Origin: Terrimicrobiaceae bacterium
GTDB taxonomy: Bacteria; Verrucomicrobiota; Verrucomicrobiia; Chthoniobacterales; JAATET01
Assembly: GCA_028713285.1 (NCBI GenBank)
Contig: JAQTOP010000008.1
Span: forward strand, 1,572 to 65,571
Reading direction: 5' to 3'
DNA length: 64,000 nucleotides
Shown piece after piece: positions 26,971-36,430 of the stretch; the first letter of the stretch is position 1; every line of letters begins with the position of its first letter. A model generated the notes under the pieces. It saw only the letters and a program-made list of their open reading frames with translations, was not told the DNA's origin and did not search any database. Both the position numbers and the translations under genes were made by a program.

Positions 26971-28662
26971 TCAGGCTTCCGCTCCCCGCGGCGAGGTTTT
27001 GACGAACAATCCGCTGCAGCCGGATGCGCCGATGAATCGGGCATGACCGGACTCCGCCCATTCGAGCGCGGCCTGTCTTACGCCGTAGCTGCCGTCGTCG
27101 TTTTCGGGATTCAAAAAATCGTGGAAGAGCACCGGCACCCCGGCGTCGAGCATGCGGGTGAGCATTTCGCAATCGGCCTTCACACCCTCGTAACGATGAT
27201 CGCCATCGACAAAGACCATCGTTGGCGAAATCGGATACGCGGCAAAAAACTCCTCGAGATTGCCCTGGAAGAGACGCGCATACGGCGTGAGTTTCCATGC
27301 GGCAAGCGTGTCGAACGTGCGCCGGATGGACTCGCTGCTGATATCCACGCCGTAGAAAAAAGTGCGGCCCTCGCGGGCGGGATTCGCCAGGGCGCCGAGG
27401 ATTTCGCAAACCGCCGAGCGGCCGCCGTAGGTGCCGATCTCGAGAACCAAGTCGCCGGAGTGATACGCGAGTTCGTATTGCTTGAACGAATCGCCGTCCA
27501 TCGCCCAGCCGGGCACGTCCTTCGTGCGGTCGAAAATCCCTTCATGCCCGGCGTCGATGAATGTCTGCTCGCGGCGATAGGAAGGGCGGAAAATGGCGCC
27601 GCCGCTCCTGCATTCATCCGGGTATTCGATCTCCGGGGCGGCGATTTTTCCGCCGGAAGCGCGGCCGCCATTCTTGCGAAAGAAGCAGCACGCCGTGACC
27701 TGCGGCCAGCTTCCGCCGGCGGAGGCTTCGGTGACGTAATCAAAATATGGCCTGGCGAACTGGTCGAGCTTCTCGATCAACGCCATCGGATACGACATGC
27801 AATATTGCAGATAGCTGCGGAAGAATTCGTAGAAATCGTATTTGCCGATGTGCCTGCCGGAATCCATCGACGCCTCCTGGAAGCTCTGGTTGACATAGAA
27901 CCGGCTGCTCATCCCCAGATCGGCGGCGACATTTGCAAGCTCCGCCAGATCGAAAAGGTGCTTGTCCTCCCACGTGGATTTGTCGAGGTCGCGCCGGTGA
28001 TAGCGCCCCATCGTTCTGGCGAATGCTTTCAACAGCCTGGCCTCCTCCGGCTCGAGCGATACTTTGGCGACCTTCGCAAGGCCGGGCAGCGTGTCGGCGA
28101 GCGCGCCCATGAGCAGATAGCCCTGGGCGCACGGTTCCTGCACGGCGAGGACTCCTCCCGGCAACAGGACGCGCGCGCATTCGCGCAGGAAGGCGGGAAC
28201 GTCGAGAATGTGATGCAGAGTCGAGCGCAGGGCGATCAGCGAGAAGGTATCCGCGGGCAATCGATCCAGCTCGTCGCCCAGCAAAACCCCGTAGCGAACC
28301 GGCGTCTTTGCATCCGCGCCGAGCGCCTCGATTTTTGACCGGGTAATCGCGAGGAATGCGGGCGACGGATCCGTGAGCAGAATCGCGGGATACCGGCTGG
28401 TTGCCGCAAGCCCCACGGACGCAAGGCCGGTTCCGCATCCGATCTCCAGAGCCGGGCCGGTATCCACGCCGCCGCATTCGATCGCCGCGGCAACGAGGCC
28501 GAAACCTGTCTCCAGGTCCCGCGGATTCACGCAATATTGCGTGTCGTATGCGCCCTCCTCGTGCGCGTAGGCGCGCGGCGACGAAATTGCCGCAAACCCG
28601 TCCGTCTGGGGCGTGGCATCCAGCCAGGCGCTGTAGGAATTCATTGTGTCACTCATCAGCAT
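26971..28662 (-). CDS. Dual-domain SAM-dependent methyltransferase (class I MTase plus Methyltransf_24/CmcI-like)
   Basis: N-terminal domain: ALEIGCGTGLASVGLAA ... LLPGGVLAVQEP. C-terminal domain: VLEIGTYGGRSAVCEILGAL ... VFVDGDHRYEGVKADCEML...VLFHDF. Confidence 0.75.
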   Translation of the reverse strand: MLMSDTMNSYSAWLDATPQTDGFAAISSPRAYAHEEGAYDTQYCVNPRDLETGFGLVAAAIECGGVDTGPALEIGCGTGLASVGLAATSRYPAILLTDPSPAFLAITRSKIEALGADAKTPVRYGVLLGDELDRLPADTFSLIALRSTLHHILDVPAFLRECARVLLPGGVLAVQEPCAQGYLLMGALADTLPGLAKVAKVSLEPEEARLLKAFARTMGRYHRRDLDKSTWEDKHLFDLAELANVAADLGMSSRFYVNQSFQEASMDSGRHIGKYDFYEFFRSYLQYCMSYPMALIEKLDQFARPYFDYVTEASAGGSWPQVTACCFFRKNGGRASGGKIAAPEIEYPDECRSGGAIFRPSYRREQTFIDAGHEGIFDRTKDVPGWAMDGDSFKQYELAYHSGDLVLEIGTYGGRSAVCEILGALANPAREGRTFFYGVDISSESIRRTFDTLAAWKLTPYARLFQGNLEEFFAAYPISPTMVFVDGDHRYEGVKADCEMLTRMLDAGVPVLFHDFLNPENDDGSYGVRQAALEWAESGHARFIGASGCSGLFVKTSPRGAEA

Positions 28663-29375
28663 AAAATCTCGTCGAGGATGAGATAAATTCCCTCCTCCGC
28701 TTCAATCCGGTCGATCCAGGCGCCCTGCTCGGGGCTGAGATGGCGCTGCCAGTCTCCCATCACGCCCTTTCGAAAAAAGCGCTTCTCCTCCGGCACGGCG
28801 GGACCGCTGAGCTTCGAAAACTGCGTGTTGCTGCGGGCGGTCTGAATGTCGCGCACCGTCAATTCTCTCCCGAGAAACCGTCCGAGCCGCAGCACCTCGT
28901 CTTCAAAACAGGTGTGCAGCTTTTGATAGGTCGTGAAAAAAATTGCATCCTCGACGCCCCGATTGTCCCAATACAAATGGTAGCGCGTCAACTGGCGGAC
29001 GAGGCTCTCGCCGCGCCGCTCGAAAAACTCCTCGATCGTGCCGTCGAACTGCCCAAGTCGCCGAAAATGGAAGTAAGCCGACACCACGACATCCTTCGGG
29101 TCGCGATAGACGTTGAGAACCTTCACCCCCGGCGTCGCCAGGAGCAGCGGGCGCACTTCGTCCTCGGGCTTGTAGTGCGACTTGATGAGGTAGTCGTTCG
29201 TCGCGATGCCGGCCGTGCGCAGGAAGTCACCCATCCGGGACGGCTCGATCGTATTGTTCTTCCATGCCTCGTTCTTGAACTCCGCCGGCACCTCGATGAA
29301 CGTCCCAATCTGCCGCACCACCAGGGTAAGCCAGGTCGAACCGCTTTTGAACGCTCCGTTGCTTACGATCAGCAT
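28656..29375 (-). CDS. PAPS-dependent sulfotransferase
   Basis: MLIVSNGAFKSGSTWL (5-prime-PSB) and VLNVYRDPKDVVVSAYFH (3-prime-PB). Confidence 0.85.
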   Translation of the reverse strand: MLIVSNGAFKSGSTWLTLVVRQIGTFIEVPAEFKNEAWKNNTIEPSRMGDFLRTAGIATNDYLIKSHYKPEDEVRPLLLATPGVKVLNVYRDPKDVVVSAYFHFRRLGQFDGTIEEFFERRGESLVRQLTRYHLYWDNRGVEDAIFFTTYQKLHTCFEDEVLRLGRFLGRELTVRDIQTARSNTQFSKLSGPAVPEEKRFFRKGVMGDWQRHLSPEQGAWIDRIEAEEGIYLILDEILC

Positions 29376-29394
29376 GAAAAAACGGAAAGTCGCG

Positions 29395-30267
29395 TCAGGC
29401 GCTCCAGCGTTCGATGACCAGCGGCATTGCGGCCCGAACCAGAACCAGACCGATGAGCAGCATCACGAGCATGAGCGCCATCACGCCAAAAAATTGGGGC
29501 AACACCGTCAAGGACTCGCCCGCCACCAATTGCCGGGTCGTCATGACCAGATAGCTCATCGGATTCAGCCGCGCGACCAGTGCGTAAACACCGCCGGGAG
29601 GAAGGTGCTTCGCCGCGAACACGGTCGGCGTCACGACGAGCCACCCCTTCTCGATGATGGGAATGGCGAGCGCGATATCCCGGTAAAGCAGTCCGATGGG
29701 CATGACCAAAAGTCCGACCGCCGTTCCGAATGCCGCCACGCCGATCAGGGCCGGTATCCCCATCAGCGTGGTCGGGGTAAACGGGAGACGAAACCAGAGG
29801 AAGGCGAAGAAGATCAGCACGATCTGCAAGGCCATGGTGATGCCAAGTTTCACCATACTGGAAAGAATGATCGCCTCGGGCGGCACGACCACCTTGGTCA
29901 GCACGCTGCGGTAGCTGCCGACGACCTGGAGCGGCCCGCTGACCGCCGTGGCGAAAACCTGCCAGATGGACACCCCGATCAGGATGTAGGCGCCGTTGGG
30001 AATCTTCGCCGTGCCGAAATTGACGAGGTCATTTTGTTGCGCGACCGTGAGGCCGACGGCGATCACGATCGGCGGCGCCAGAATCCAGAACAGCCCGAGC
30101 AGCGACTGCCGATACTGCGAACGCAAATCGCGGACCGCGAGAATGATCGCGAGCTGGCGGCTGCCGACAATGTCGCGCCACATCATTCGCAGCAGCTTCG
30201 ACGGGCGCAGCAGCGTGCTCTCCGCGCCGTATTCGTGGGTCTGCAGATGTCCGCTTTCCAGGCTCAT
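29395..30267 (-). CDS. wzm: ABC-2 type polysaccharide export permease (Wzm/TagG/KpsM class)
   Basis: ILAVRDLRSQYRQSLLGLFWILAPPI is the hallmark N-terminal ABC-2 motif. About 6 TM helices, 290 aa. Confidence 0.85.
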   Translation of the reverse strand: MSLESGHLQTHEYGAESTLLRPSKLLRMMWRDIVGSRQLAIILAVRDLRSQYRQSLLGLFWILAPPIVIAVGLTVAQQNDLVNFGTAKIPNGAYILIGVSIWQVFATAVSGPLQVVGSYRSVLTKVVVPPEAIILSSMVKLGITMALQIVLIFFAFLWFRLPFTPTTLMGIPALIGVAAFGTAVGLLVMPIGLLYRDIALAIPIIEKGWLVVTPTVFAAKHLPPGGVYALVARLNPMSYLVMTTRQLVAGESLTVLPQFFGVMALMLVMLLIGLVLVRAAMPLVIERWSA

Positions 30268-30321
30268 GATTCGATAGTGACGGAATGAAATGTGTTGTCC
30301 AACGCTGCGTAAACCCGCGCT

Positions 30322-31782
30322 TCAATGCGACCTCGCGCGGCCGCCCCTTCCGAGCCGCCGAAGCATTTCGTCGCGCAATCTGACCCGCATGGGCGTGGAT
30401 TTTTCCCGCCAAAGCTCCTCGGCAAGCGACTCGGCGCGGTGCGTCGCCTCCGCGACCTTTTCCTTGAGCCGCAGCCGATCCTCGCCGGCCTTCTCACGCG
30501 CCAGCCGCGCGCGCTCGGTCCATTGCTCCCTCAGTGCGTCCAGTCGCCGCCGCAGATATTCGTTCTGCGTCTGCAGGTGATCCAGGTGCAGGAGCGGGTG
30601 CTTCCTGATCTCGTCTTCGGGATCATAACCCGACCAGCCTGCGCGGACGCCTGCGGAGCGACGGCGACATTCGATCGCTTCGCGACAGATCTCGATCAGG
30701 CTGTAGGCCCAGCGCTTCCCCCGTTCCCGCTCGAGCTGGAGACTGGCCCGTTCGGCCTCCACGCCCGACCAGCCACCGCACGACCAGTCAATCTCCTGCA
30801 GGTGCCCTGCCAGGGGACCGGCGTCGTAGCATGGGAAGAAAAACGCTCCCGGCGCCTGCTCGCGATTGGACTCTATATCCGAACAAGCCACGCGCTTGCC
30901 GAGGGCGAGGGAATCCTCGATCGTCGTGTTCCATCCCTCGAATCGCGAGGGTTGCACGACCTCGATCGCGCAGCGCATCAGCGCGATGAGGTCCGGCAGC
31001 GGCACCTCGCCCAGCACGCTGATATTCTGAAAGAGCTTTTCCACCGAAAGCCTTCCGAACAATTCCGAGATGTGGGAATTACGCGGATCGCGCGTGTCGT
31101 TCGGGACTCCGACCATCACGACATGCACATCGGGTCGCAACCGCCGGGCGAGTGCGACCGCCTCGACAACCAGCCGATGGTTCTTGTGCTTCCAGAACTG
31201 ATTCGCAACGAGGACAAACGCCCGCGGCAAACCGTATTTGCCGGAGACGAACCGCGGATCGCCTTCCGTCATGCCGCGGGCGTAGGCGAAACTCGACGGA
31301 AAATGCGCGCAGCCGCTCGCCCCTGCATATGATGGATACAATGCCCGGAAATCGGCGAGTACGGCTTCGCTCGAAAACATCATCGCGTCGCAGTTGTCCA
31401 CCAGATATCCGAAGTAGCGGTCGCGCTGCGAGAGTTCCTCGTCGCTGAAATACTCCGGCAGGTGGCGATGCTGGAAATCCGGTATCCAGCCGACCAGCGC
31501 GCAGGCCGTCTGCGGAAGCAGCGCCTCGGTGACCGGGAGCAGCACGTCGAGCCCATGCGCCTCCACCGCCTCCTGGATGTGCGTCAGCGAAACGACATCG
31601 GCGTCGAAGCGAATCGCCTTCGCTCCCGCCGGCAATTCCGCAAGCGAACTTGTGCGTCCGCCAAGGACATGCACCTCGCAATCCGCAATCGACGCGTTCG
31701 CGAGCGCATGGACCATGCTGCGCGTGTAGCTCGCGCCCGCAGTCCAGTTCGCCTGCGTCCGGTCGAGGAAACCGATCTTCAT
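30322..31782 (-). CDS. Glycosyltransferase family 1 with a C-terminal coiled-coil extension of about 90 aa
   Basis: GT1 core: VVQPSRFEGWNTTIEDSLALGKRVACSDI. Tail (nt 30322-30600): HLDHLQTQNEYLRRRLDALREQWTERARLAREKAGEDRLRLKEKVAEATHRAESLAEELWRE. ATGA overlap at 31779-31782. Confidence 0.75.
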   Translation of the reverse strand: MKIGFLDRTQANWTAGASYTRSMVHALANASIADCEVHVLGGRTSSLAELPAGAKAIRFDADVVSLTHIQEAVEAHGLDVLLPVTEALLPQTACALVGWIPDFQHRHLPEYFSDEELSQRDRYFGYLVDNCDAMMFSSEAVLADFRALYPSYAGASGCAHFPSSFAYARGMTEGDPRFVSGKYGLPRAFVLVANQFWKHKNHRLVVEAVALARRLRPDVHVVMVGVPNDTRDPRNSHISELFGRLSVEKLFQNISVLGEVPLPDLIALMRCAIEVVQPSRFEGWNTTIEDSLALGKRVACSDIESNREQAPGAFFFPCYDAGPLAGHLQEIDWSCGGWSGVEAERASLQLERERGKRWAYSLIEICREAIECRRRSAGVRAGWSGYDPEDEIRKHPLLHLDHLQTQNEYLRRRLDALREQWTERARLAREKAGEDRLRLKEKVAEATHRAESLAEELWREKSTPMRVRLRDEMLRRLGRGGRARSH

Positions 31783-32663
31783 CCCACGCGAATGCCGAAT
31801 GCCACGCCGTAGCCCAGGCTGGCATACTCGTGGGTGCGAATCGGGAACGGGGCCTCGGAGATCGCCTGCCGCCAGATCGCCCGCAGGTTCGGATGCTGCG
31901 GATGGCTGATGTCGTCGAAGATGACCACGCCGCCCACATCGAGTCGCGGCAGCACGTCGCGCAAATCCTGCAACGCGCCTTCGTCGCTGTGGTCACCATC
32001 CACCGTCACCATCGAAAGCTTCCGCTCCGGCTGTCCGGCGAAGAACTTCGGCAGCGTCACATGGCTGTCGCCATCGACAAATTCCGCCGTTCCCGAGTGG
32101 CCGATCCTGCGCAACTCGGAGCGGACAAAATCCGGTCCCGGGTTTTCCATTCCGGCGTAATCCGCCATCCACATGTCGAAACCGAACAGCGCGCATTTTC
32201 GCGCGGCGGCCGCAGCCGTGGCCATGCTGCGGCCCCGGCGCACGCCGATCTCCAGATAGCTCACGGGCTGCAAAAGCAAGGCTGCCGCCGCAACGACATC
32301 GACGATGTCCAGGTAGTGCCAGCATTCGCCGAATTTGCGCTCTCCCTCCCGGCGGAACTCGGAAATATACCGCGAATAGGCGTCGGGGGTGAGCCGCGCA
32401 AACATCCGCCGCACGAATCGGCGGCATGCGCCCGAGTGGGCAAATGCCACGATGGTTTCCGGATCCACGAGCACCGGATTATACCACCCCCCAAGGGCCT
32501 CATGCCTGGTGAATACCCCGCGATTGGTCGTCATCGAACAGGAGTGGTCGGCCGGAATTCCGGGCCACTGGCAATGCTGGAATTCCGGATTCCCGGACAG
32601 ATCGAATCGCGTCCGCCGCTGACGGACGTGGCGACAGATAAACGGTTGCAAATACCGCCGCAT
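31779..32663 (-). CDS. Class I SAM-dependent methyltransferase (Methyltransf_24-like)
   Basis: YLEIGVRRGRSMATAAAAA ... VTVDGDHSDEGALQDLRDVLPRLDVGGVVIFDDI. The start is uncertain: 32663 or ATG 32534. Confidence 0.65.
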   Translation of the reverse strand: MRRYLQPFICRHVRQRRTRFDLSGNPEFQHCQWPGIPADHSCSMTTNRGVFTRHEALGGWYNPVLVDPETIVAFAHSGACRRFVRRMFARLTPDAYSRYISEFRREGERKFGECWHYLDIVDVVAAAALLLQPVSYLEIGVRRGRSMATAAAAARKCALFGFDMWMADYAGMENPGPDFVRSELRRIGHSGTAEFVDGDSHVTLPKFFAGQPERKLSMVTVDGDHSDEGALQDLRDVLPRLDVGGVVIFDDISHPQHPNLRAIWRQAISEAPFPIRTHEYASLGYGVAFGIRVG

Positions 32664-32695
32664 GTCCGCTGGAATGAAGTCACCATCGATTCCGA

Positions 32696-32929
32696 TTATC
32701 CGGCCGTCGTCTTGCTTCCGATCACATCGATAAACTGCCGGAGACTTAGAGTTTCCAGCGTCTCCTCATCGCTAAATCTGATCCCAAACTCCTCCTCCAG
32801 GGCCAGGATCAGATTCATTTGCCTCAGGGAATCCCACTCTTCAATCGTTTCCGAGCTTGAGTCGTCTCCAATTTGCGATTCCTCGATTCCGAAGACCGAG
32901 GCCATCACCCGCTTAATTCTGGTTTCCAT
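32696..32929 (-). CDS. Acyl carrier protein
   Basis: 77 aa with IEEWDSLRQMNLILALEEEFGI. The DSL serine is in the usual helix-2 context of phosphopantetheine attachment. Confidence 0.8.
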   Translation of the reverse strand: METRIKRVMASVFGIEESQIGDDSSSETIEEWDSLRQMNLILALEEEFGIRFSDEETLETLSLRQFIDVIGSKTTAG

Positions 32930-34667
32930 ATCGAATGCTTATGTAATGTAAATTCCTGGGTTGATAGACGTCCAATTCCAACCGGTAATTCCTGACTGTC
33001 TGCGTGGATTCCATGGTCTGAAATCCGACCCTCTCATAAAAATCGATCACCTGGTTGTTTTTTTGCGTCTGAATGTAGGTTGCCTCGACGGCTTCGATTC
33101 CCGCGTCTTTCATAAAGGGAATCAGAAAATCGAAGAAGGCCAATTCGATATTACGTCCAATCGTCCGGCAACTCATCAACAGCGTATCGATCGTTGCACT
33201 CCCTGCATCCACCCCGCGACAAACGATGCACAATCCCACCAGTCCATATCCGCCAAACTTATCAGCCACGGAAAAGGAGACTACTGAGTCGGACCGGCTG
33301 TCGATGAAGTTCCGAATGTCCGCTTCGGTGTATCGTTTGGTCGTGAGATTGAATTGGTTTGTCTTCTGCGTCAGTTGGGCAAGGCGCGGCGCGTCCCTGA
33401 TCTCGTCAATGGCAATTGAAACACCCAACTGCAGCGAGGCGAGATATTCCTCGACGTTTTGAAACGCCGAAATTCCCGCCTTGCGTTCGATTTCGCGCTG
33501 ATACATCGCCCCTCGTTCGGCATCCTCCTTCGAGAGGACACCGGAATAAAAGAGCCGCGAAGTCTTCCTCAGCAGTTCAGGATAATCATGCAGACTTTCA
33601 GGAACCCGGACGGCCAGCACCTCCGGCATACCGCTCCGGACCCGCTCAATCTCAAAATCCGAATCATCAATAAACACCAGGCTGTTCAGTCCGATATTCA
33701 AGTCCCGGGCGATCGCCGCAAGATTGGATGCTTTGTCTTCCCAATTGATCCTTTTAATTGCAATCGAGGCATCGCGCAGGCAGGCATCGGGGTGATTCTC
33801 GATGACATGATTCACATCATCGAGGTTATTCTTGCTGCACAACCCGATCAAAACTCCCTTCCGGCTCAACTCGACCGCGATTTGCTGGATTTCTTCGAAT
33901 ATCGCGCCGGCTTTTGACCTCGCGGACATTTCGATGCCGTCAAACCCGTCTTCTCCGAGCACCCCCTTCCAGAGTGTATTATCGCAGTCGAAGATAAGCG
34001 CCTTCCTGGCTTTCCCCGCCACCGATTGGATGATCGCGCCGCAATAGTCCGCATAAGCTCTAAAGAATTCAATCGAGTACAGGGATTTCGAAGAATAAAA
34101 AAATCTGAAATCCACCGCTTTCGATACGGACATCGACGCAAGGATCTTTTCGACATCGACGAGGAAAAGATTGCTGCATGCGTCTTCCTTCGCCGTCAGG
34201 TGGGCATTGAGCTCTTCGCAAATTCGATCGAAGTTATTCCTTCCAATGACATGGTGATTGAATGCCATGCTCGAGAATTGATTGAAGAAAACAAGCGACG
34301 TCCTTGAGAGATTGTTAAGAACAAAGTCAATTTCCGCTTTAACCGCGGAGACCAGGTCCTGAATCTCGACAGCCTCCATTACATTTGCCCTCGCTTGCAG
34401 CAAAGGTCTAATGTTGCAAGCCTCCCAAAATACGATGACCAAATCCGCTTCTCGAAACTTTAGAGAATCCTGCGGGATGTTGTCGTAGTCACCCGAAGAA
34501 ACTCTGGCGTGGATTCCCGCCCGTCGAAGCGGATGCTCGAAAATAGCGTTCAGCTGAGCAACAACGATATTTGACAACACGGCAATTGTGTACGCCGGCG
34601 TGCCTTCCATGCTCTTCCCAAGCAGGGCATTCTCACGCAGAATTTCGCTATAACTCAATCCAGCCAT
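32913..34667 (-). CDS. FkbH-like HAD-IIIC phosphatase/transferase with a C-terminal GNAT-like domain
   Basis: KALIFDCDNTLWKGVLGEDG (HAD motif I, typical of FkbH), LVFIDDSDFE, and a C-terminal FGGYGLVGLCIV...RTIGRNIELAFFDFL...FYERVGFQ. Confidence 0.85.
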   Translation of the reverse strand: MAGLSYSEILRENALLGKSMEGTPAYTIAVLSNIVVAQLNAIFEHPLRRAGIHARVSSGDYDNIPQDSLKFREADLVIVFWEACNIRPLLQARANVMEAVEIQDLVSAVKAEIDFVLNNLSRTSLVFFNQFSSMAFNHHVIGRNNFDRICEELNAHLTAKEDACSNLFLVDVEKILASMSVSKAVDFRFFYSSKSLYSIEFFRAYADYCGAIIQSVAGKARKALIFDCDNTLWKGVLGEDGFDGIEMSARSKAGAIFEEIQQIAVELSRKGVLIGLCSKNNLDDVNHVIENHPDACLRDASIAIKRINWEDKASNLAAIARDLNIGLNSLVFIDDSDFEIERVRSGMPEVLAVRVPESLHDYPELLRKTSRLFYSGVLSKEDAERGAMYQREIERKAGISAFQNVEEYLASLQLGVSIAIDEIRDAPRLAQLTQKTNQFNLTTKRYTEADIRNFIDSRSDSVVSFSVADKFGGYGLVGLCIVCRGVDAGSATIDTLLMSCRTIGRNIELAFFDFLIPFMKDAGIEAVEATYIQTQKNNQVIDFYERVGFQTMESTQTVRNYRLELDVYQPRNLHYISIRYGNQN

Positions 34668-34694
34668 TTATCAATTGCACCCAACAATTCGGGG

Positions 34695-35612
34695 TCACCA
34701 GATGTCGTTCCGTCGCTTTTGCAACACCAAGGCCATGGACCGGGGCAAAAAGCGAAAGTCGGACGGATAGGAACCCGGCGATGCCGAGTAGGTGGATACG
34801 ACGCGAAAGCCGGCGTCTTCCGCCAGTTTGATGATTTCCGATTCGCGTTTGAATTCCGTGATGTGGTCAATTTCAGCGGCGGTTAGCGCCCCCGTTACGA
34901 AAGCATATCCGCCGGGGTTAAGATTGCCGGCGAGGCTCGAAAACAGCAAATCCGGCCGCTCGACATGCTCGAGAAGAAAACAGGAGATCGCAGCGTCGTA
35001 TTGCCCCGCCCCTGTGAACGCCAGCGCGTCCCCGACTATGTAGTTGGTGCGATCCGAGAATCCGATCCTGCGCGTCATGTCAATCGCAAGCTCGACAGAT
35101 TTTTGGCTAATATCCACGCCATCAAGGGTCCATTGCTGCATCCCGTGCAAAAGCAGCAGACCCCAAACGCCCGAACCCGAGCCGAGTTCCAGCAAGGTTC
35201 CTCCCTCATCCGGGAGCACGGGCAGGAAATAGTCCTTGAAAAAGCCGGCGATTTTCAAGTGGTGTTCCCACGCGAAAGTCGTTGTAAAGACTCCCCAGTG
35301 GTAGTTTTGCATGTGATCGGCATTGTTATAAACGCTCTGGTAAACTTCCGCGTAGGTCTTGTTTTTGTATGCACCCCGTTTTTCGTATTCCATCTGCGAC
35401 TTGCCCACATCCAGAACGAAGCTGTTGTATCCGTTGATCAGGACAGACGCGAATTCTTCCGATCCAAGATAATCCGCCGCCCAGCCGACCATAAGGTCGC
35501 CCAGCTCGTCGAACAGGGCCGCGTTCCTTTCGCGATTGGCGAGGACCTTCGGCCCAAAGAGCCGGTTCTTTGCAAACTCCGCGAGGAATATTTTCAGGTT
35601 GGTTGAGATCAT
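34695..35612 (-). CDS. Class I SAM-dependent methyltransferase
   Basis: TLLELGSGSGVWGLLLL (motif I), GVDISQKSVELA, YDAAISCFLLEHV, LNPGGYAFV. Confidence 0.75.
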   Translation of the reverse strand: MISTNLKIFLAEFAKNRLFGPKVLANRERNAALFDELGDLMVGWAADYLGSEEFASVLINGYNSFVLDVGKSQMEYEKRGAYKNKTYAEVYQSVYNNADHMQNYHWGVFTTTFAWEHHLKIAGFFKDYFLPVLPDEGGTLLELGSGSGVWGLLLLHGMQQWTLDGVDISQKSVELAIDMTRRIGFSDRTNYIVGDALAFTGAGQYDAAISCFLLEHVERPDLLFSSLAGNLNPGGYAFVTGALTAAEIDHITEFKRESEIIKLAEDAGFRVVSTYSASPGSYPSDFRFLPRSMALVLQKRRNDIW

Positions 35613-35695
35613 GACTCTTCGTTGGTATTAATGACTGTTTGCCAATCCTTGGGTGGAAAATACCGATGCCCGCAATAGTCGGCAGGCCGACCGGT

Positions 35696-36364
35696 TCATT
35701 CAGAGGGAAGCTTTCCCATCACTCTTGCAGGATTGCCCATGAGGATTGAAAAAGGCGGCGCATCGCTCATCACCACACTTCCCGTGGACACGATGGAGCC
35801 CTTTCCGATGCGCACGCCCCTTAGGATGCTGGAATTGGCATAGATTGCCGCGTAATCTTCGATCACAATGGGCGCGGTTGGGATGTCGCCCTTTTCCGTG
35901 GGATGACCGGTGGCAAATATTCGTTTAACGCCTTCCGCCCGGGTTATGTAGTGCGTTTCGTGAGCAAAGTCGATGATGTTCACATTGTGGGCAACACCGA
36001 CGCAATCGCCCATGACGATACTGTCCCCTGACCAGACCCGGGTGCCTTCGCCGATGTAACATCCCTCACCGATCTCTATTTTCCCACCGTAAGCAAAGAC
36101 GGTGAGCTCGCCCCGAATATGGGTGTTTTTGCCAACACGAACAGACGCTGGATTTTGCTGCAAATTGACGACCCTGGCGGATTCATAGAACCGGGCCGAA
36201 TCGGCGACGCTCGCCCCTTTGTAACACCTGCCAGCCTTCACTTGATCGAGTTGAGCTTCGATGAATTCAAAATCGATCAGATTTGCATCGACCAACTTCA
36301 GAAGGAGTCGCGTCGCCCGCCTCTTCAGCATGCGTTTGATGTTTTCCATCTTTCTTCTGAACAA
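35696..36364 (-). CDS. Hexapeptide-repeat (left-handed beta-helix) acyl/acetyltransferase
   Basis: VGKNTHIRGELTVFAYGGKIEIGEGCYIGEGTRVWSGDSIVMGDCVGVAHNVNII ... IEDYAAIYANSSILRGVRIGKGSIVSTGSVV shows the hexapeptide periodicity. Confidence 0.85.
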   Translation of the reverse strand: MFRRKMENIKRMLKRRATRLLLKLVDANLIDFEFIEAQLDQVKAGRCYKGASVADSARFYESARVVNLQQNPASVRVGKNTHIRGELTVFAYGGKIEIGEGCYIGEGTRVWSGDSIVMGDCVGVAHNVNIIDFAHETHYITRAEGVKRIFATGHPTEKGDIPTAPIVIEDYAAIYANSSILRGVRIGKGSIVSTGSVVMSDAPPFSILMGNPARVMGKLPSE

Positions 36365-36430
36365 AGTATCGTTAACTTGCAGGCAGCCTTTTCCGCCTTG
36401 CTTTGGAAGGCCCGGTCTCGCGGTCTGTGT

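Noticed and set aside
35613-35695. Short palindrome GTCGGCaGGCCGAC just downstream of the hexapeptide acyltransferase stop
   Set aside because: The loop is too small for a stable hairpin and there is no T-tract. It is probably not a terminator, and the genes appear co-transcribed.
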